DNA of 64,000 nt from Tagaea sp. (GTDB taxonomy: Bacteria; Pseudomonadota; Alphaproteobacteria; CACIAM-22H2). The notes under the pieces were generated by a model. That model worked only from the letters and a program-made list of their open reading frames with translations, was not told the DNA's origin and searched no databases. Position 1 is the stretch's first letter. The number at the start of each line of letters is the position of its first letter. The stretch is from the NCBI GenBank assembly GCA_965279525.1, contig CBDIIB010000005.1, positions 1,248,001 through 1,312,000 of the forward strand, given 5' to 3'. This document shows, piece by piece, positions 60,720 through 64,000 of the stretch. Made by a program: the position numbers and the translations under genes.

Positions 60720-62057
60720 CTATGCCGCCGCGCGCATCGCAAGGCCTGCCGCGCGCATGGCCCAGGTGCGGTTGACCGGGCTGTGCGGCTTGGCGGCCAG
60801 CCGTTCGGCGGCGAACAGGCGGGCGGCACCGGCCTGGCCGTCGCGGATCGCCGCCTCGACCAGCGTCCACAGCACGATGTCCCGCTGCGCGTGGCTGCCG
60901 CCGAAGCGCGCCGCACGCGCGCGCATCGCCAGCAGATGGTCGATGCAGGCGCCATGGCGGCCCTCGCCGAACGCCAGCATGCCCTCGGCGAAGTCGAGCC
61001 CGCTCATCGCCGACATCGACGCGTTGGTGCCGGCGCCGACGCATGCGGCGCGCAGGGTGGCGATCTGCCGGCGCGCGAGGTCAAGCCGCCCGGCGCCGAC
61101 GAAGGCCATCGTCGCGTGGGCATCGTTGAACGCGTAGAGCCCGTGCTCGACCCGCGTCGCCCAGCGTGCGGCGACCGGCGCAAAGCGCCCGCCGGTCTCG
61201 TGGCCCCGCACGAACAGCCGCCACAGCATCGCGGTCGCATCGATCAGCTCGAGCACCGTATCGCTGTCGGCCGGCCGGACGCGCGTGTCGTAGAGGTCGA
61301 GCACCTGGCCGATCTCCTCGCGGTCGAGGTGGCAAAGCGCCAGATGCCACCAGTTGTGGAACGAGAACATGTTGTCCGGCGCCCAGCCGGCCGAGGTCGA
61401 TTCCAGCCAGTCGATGCCCGCCGCGGCGTCGCCGCGCATCTCCAGCACGTGCGCGACCGCGTGGACGGCCCAGGCGTCCTGCGGATTCGCGGCGACCGAC
61501 GCGCGGCCCGCGCGCTCGGCGGCGTCGAACGCGCCGGTCTCCTCGAGTCCGAAGGCGTGCATGCCGCGCACGAACCCGGCGCGCGGCACGTCGCCTTCGA
61601 ATGCCGGCAGCACGCCGGCGATCCGGTCGCGCAGCATCGCCGACGCGCCGTTGAAGAAGTCGCCCAGATGCGCGAGCTGCAGCGCCAGCGTGTCGCGCGG
61701 GAAGGCGTGCAGGATGCGGCCCCACAGCTCGGTCGCCTGCGCCCAGTCGCCGGCGGCCCAGGAATCGAGGGCGGCAATGTGGCCGCGTTCGCGGTCGTTG
61801 CCATCGGCGGCCAGCGCACGCGCCGCGGCCAGCGTCTTGGCCAGTTCGCTGTCGAACATGCGGTCGGTCGCCGTCGCGATCAGCCCCGCGCGGAAGCAGT
61901 GCGCGAGAAGGAAGTGCGGATGGTGCGCCAGGATCGCGTCGACATCGGCGAAGGGATCGGCGCGGTAGGCAAGAAACTTGTCGGCTGCCGCATCGAGGGC
62001 GGCGACGGCATCGCGGTCGGGATAGGACACGGGATTGCCAAGCAGGTCGAAGGTCAT
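60720..62057 (-). CDS. TPR protein (TTC38-like)
   Basis: GMHAFGLEE.G, D.WAVHAVAHV.EM, HNWWH.AL, GGSHAQRD. Confidence 0.85.
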   Translation of the reverse strand: MTFDLLGNPVSYPDRDAVAALDAAADKFLAYRADPFADVDAILAHHPHFLLAHCFRAGLIATATDRMFDSELAKTLAAARALAADGNDRERGHIAALDSWAAGDWAQATELWGRILHAFPRDTLALQLAHLGDFFNGASAMLRDRIAGVLPAFEGDVPRAGFVRGMHAFGLEETGAFDAAERAGRASVAANPQDAWAVHAVAHVLEMRGDAAAGIDWLESTSAGWAPDNMFSFHNWWHLALCHLDREEIGQVLDLYDTRVRPADSDTVLELIDATAMLWRLFVRGHETGGRFAPVAARWATRVEHGLYAFNDAHATMAFVGAGRLDLARRQIATLRAACVGAGTNASMSAMSGLDFAEGMLAFGEGRHGACIDHLLAMRARAARFGGSHAQRDIVLWTLVEAAIRDGQAGAARLFAAERLAAKPHSPVNRTWAMRAAGLAMRAAA

Positions 62058-62237
62058 TTCGCGGTCTCCGGAAAAGTGGGACGCGACTTATCGGCCATGC
62101 GGCCGACCTACACCAGAAGGCGCATGGTGCAGTTCAAGAACCGGTGATAGTCGTTCGAAAACAATATGCTGATCGATGTCCGGCTATCTGTAACCCCGAT
62201 CTTCATCGTACAACTGTACCTATGGTATAGGAGCGCG

Positions 62238-62864
62238 ATGCGCGAACCGACCACCCTGCGCCGCGGCGAAGCGCGCGAGCGGCTTCTCGAGCTTGCCGAG
62301 CGGACCGTGCTCGACAAGGGATTCGGCGCCACGTCGATCGAAGAGCTGATCGCCGGCGTCGGCATCACGAAAAGCGCGTTCTTCTATCACTTCAAGGACA
62401 AGAACGCGCTCGCGCAGGCGCTGATCGAGCGTTATCTCGAGAGCGACACCGTGATCCTCGACACGCTGTTCGCGCGCGGCGACGAGCTGTCGGACGATCC
62501 GCTGCAGGGCTTCCTGATCGGACTAAAGCTGTTCGCCGAAACCCTCGGCAACCTGCCGGAAGCGCATCCGGGGTGCCTTGCCGCCTCATTCTGCTATCAG
62601 GAACAGCTTTTCAGCCATGACGTGCGCGAACTGACGCGCTCGTCGGCGCTGCGCTGGCGCGCGCGGTTCCGCACGCGCTTCGAGGCGATCGCGGCCGGGC
62701 ATCCGCCGCGCATCCCGGTGGATTTCGAAGCGCTTGCCGACATGGCGGTGACCGTCGTCGACGGCGGGATCACGATGGGCAAGCTCATGAAGGACCCGGC
62801 GATCCTGCCGGCGCAGGTCCTGCACTTCCGGAATTACGTGCGCCTGCTCTTCGACGACGTCTAG
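62238..62864 (+). CDS. TetR/AcrR-family regulator
   Basis: RERLL..A...V..KGF.ATSIEE....GITKS.FFYHF..K, HPGCL; AGGAG SD. Confidence 0.9.
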   Translation: MREPTTLRRGEARERLLELAERTVLDKGFGATSIEELIAGVGITKSAFFYHFKDKNALAQALIERYLESDTVILDTLFARGDELSDDPLQGFLIGLKLFAETLGNLPEAHPGCLAASFCYQEQLFSHDVRELTRSSALRWRARFRTRFEAIAAGHPPRIPVDFEALADMAVTVVDGGITMGKLMKDPAILPAQVLHFRNYVRLLFDDV

Positions 62865-64000
62865 CCGTTGGCGCCGAGCACCCGGCCGCACAGATAGAGC
62901 GAGCCGCAGATCAGCACGGGAACCTTGTCGTCGGCACCTGCCGCGAGCGACGCGATCGCGGCCATCTCATTGGCGGCCTCGGCGACGTCGGCGATGCCGA
63001 CCTGGCGCGCGGCAGCGGCGATCTCGCCGGCCGGGCGCGACAGCGGCTCGCCGGAAATCGGGATCGCGCGCACCCGGCGCACGAAGGGTGCCACGTGCCG
63101 CAGGAAGCTTGCCGGATCCTTGGTCGATAGCATCCCGAAGACGAGATCGATCTTCCGCCCGGCGATCCAGCCCGCAAGTGCCTCGCCGGCCGCATCGTTG
63201 TGGCCGCCGTCGAGGAACAGCGCCGTCCCGGCGGGCAGAAGCCCGGCCAGGGGTCCGCGTGTCAGGCGCTGCAGGCGTGCGGGCCATTGCGCCCCAGCCA
63301 CGCCGGCCGCGATGGCAGATGCGCCAAGCCCGAGCAGTTCGGCGCAGGCCACCGCAAGACCGGCATTGTCGAACTGGTGCGGTCCCGGCAGGGCCGGTAC
63401 GGGCAGCTCGCGCACGGCCTTGCCGGCATAGCTGAAGCCGCCCGGCGTGCGCGTGAAATTCCATTCCCGGCCGTGCCGGAACAGCGGCACGCCGAGTTCG
63501 GCGCCGCGCCGGTCGAAGACGGCGGCGGCTTCGGCCGGCTGAACGCCGATCGCCGTGGGCACGCCCGGCTTCATGATCCCGGCCTTTTCGCCCGCGATCA
63601 GCGCCAGCGTGTCGCCCAGATACTGCATGTGGTCGAACGAGATCGGCGTCTGCGCCACCACTGCCGGACGGCGGACAAGGTTCGTCGCGTCGAGCCGCCC
63701 GCCCATGCCGGTTTCCAGCAGCACGTAGTCGGCCGGATGGCGCGCGAAGGCGAGGAAGGCGGCAGCGGTCGTCACCTCGAAGAACGTGATCGGGGCGCCG
63801 GCGTTGATCCGCTCGATCTCCTCGAGGATCGCCGAAAGCTCGCCGTCCGCGATCAGCGATCCGGCCAGCCGGATGCGTTCGTTGAAGCGCACGAGATGCG
63901 GCGACGTATAGACATGGACGCGCTTGCCCGCCGCTTCCAGCATCGCGCGCAGACACGCGATGGTCGATCCCTTGCCGTTGGTGCCGGCGACGTGGACGAC
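62861..64000 (-). CDS. folC: Bifunctional folylpolyglutamate/dihydrofolate synthase (5' part outside the window)
   Basis: HVAGTNGKGST, YTSPHL..FNERI, ETGMGGRLDATN, DGGHN, CGSLYL. Confidence 0.95.
   Translation of the reverse strand, partial: VVHVAGTNGKGSTIACLRAMLEAAGKRVHVYTSPHLVRFNERIRLAGSLIADGELSAILEEIERINAGAPITFFEVTTAAAFLAFARHPADYVLLETGMGGRLDATNLVRRPAVVAQTPISFDHMQYLGDTLALIAGEKAGIMKPGVPTAIGVQPAEAAAVFDRRGAELGVPLFRHGREWNFTRTPGGFSYAGKAVRELPVPALPGPHQFDNAGLAVACAELLGLGASAIAAGVAGAQWPARLQRLTRGPLAGLLPAGTALFLDGGHNDAAGEALAGWIAGRKIDLVFGMLSTKDPASFLRHVAPFVRRVRAIPISGEPLSRPAGEIAAAARQVGIADVAEAANEMAAIASLAAGADDKVPVLICGSLYLCGRVLGANG

Overview
High-GC alphaproteobacterial (Rhodospirillales-like) core-chromosome window with about 62 CDSs. 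I see no rRNA, tRNA, CRISPR array, prophage or IS element. Housekeeping blocks: holA, leuS, DUF3576, porin, yggS, lolA, a CenR-like regulator; tsaB-rimI-mucR-fur-olsB-olsA/plsC-miaB-phoH-ybeY-corC-lnt-XRE-metK-trmB; chorismate mutase-hisC-tyrA; metX-metW; rimP-nusA-ylxR-infB; a cckA-like kinase; partial folC. Best candidates for undescribed biology: (i) an 11-12 gene, translationally coupled cluster (17.5-30.2 kb) joining three glycosyltransferases, a histidine phosphatase, a deacetylase-like protein, a family-5 ABC importer, ddpX and a convergent methyltransferase; (ii) two unrelated hypothetical genes (566-1198 and 12075-13163) with the same promoter architecture (CGGCAG-N3-CTGCCG dyad + exact IHF consensus + sigma54 GG-N10-GC), suggesting uncharacterised members of an FlbD-like flagellar regulon; (iii) atypical regulators and enzymes (CenR-like protein with an eroded receiver, CckA-like kinase with no TM helices, OtsB with GDD->GND); (iv) a rimP leader whose two hairpin loops are complementary. 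All functional calls come from motif recognition by eye; no database search was run, and start codons were chosen by hand from SD motifs and stop/start overlaps.
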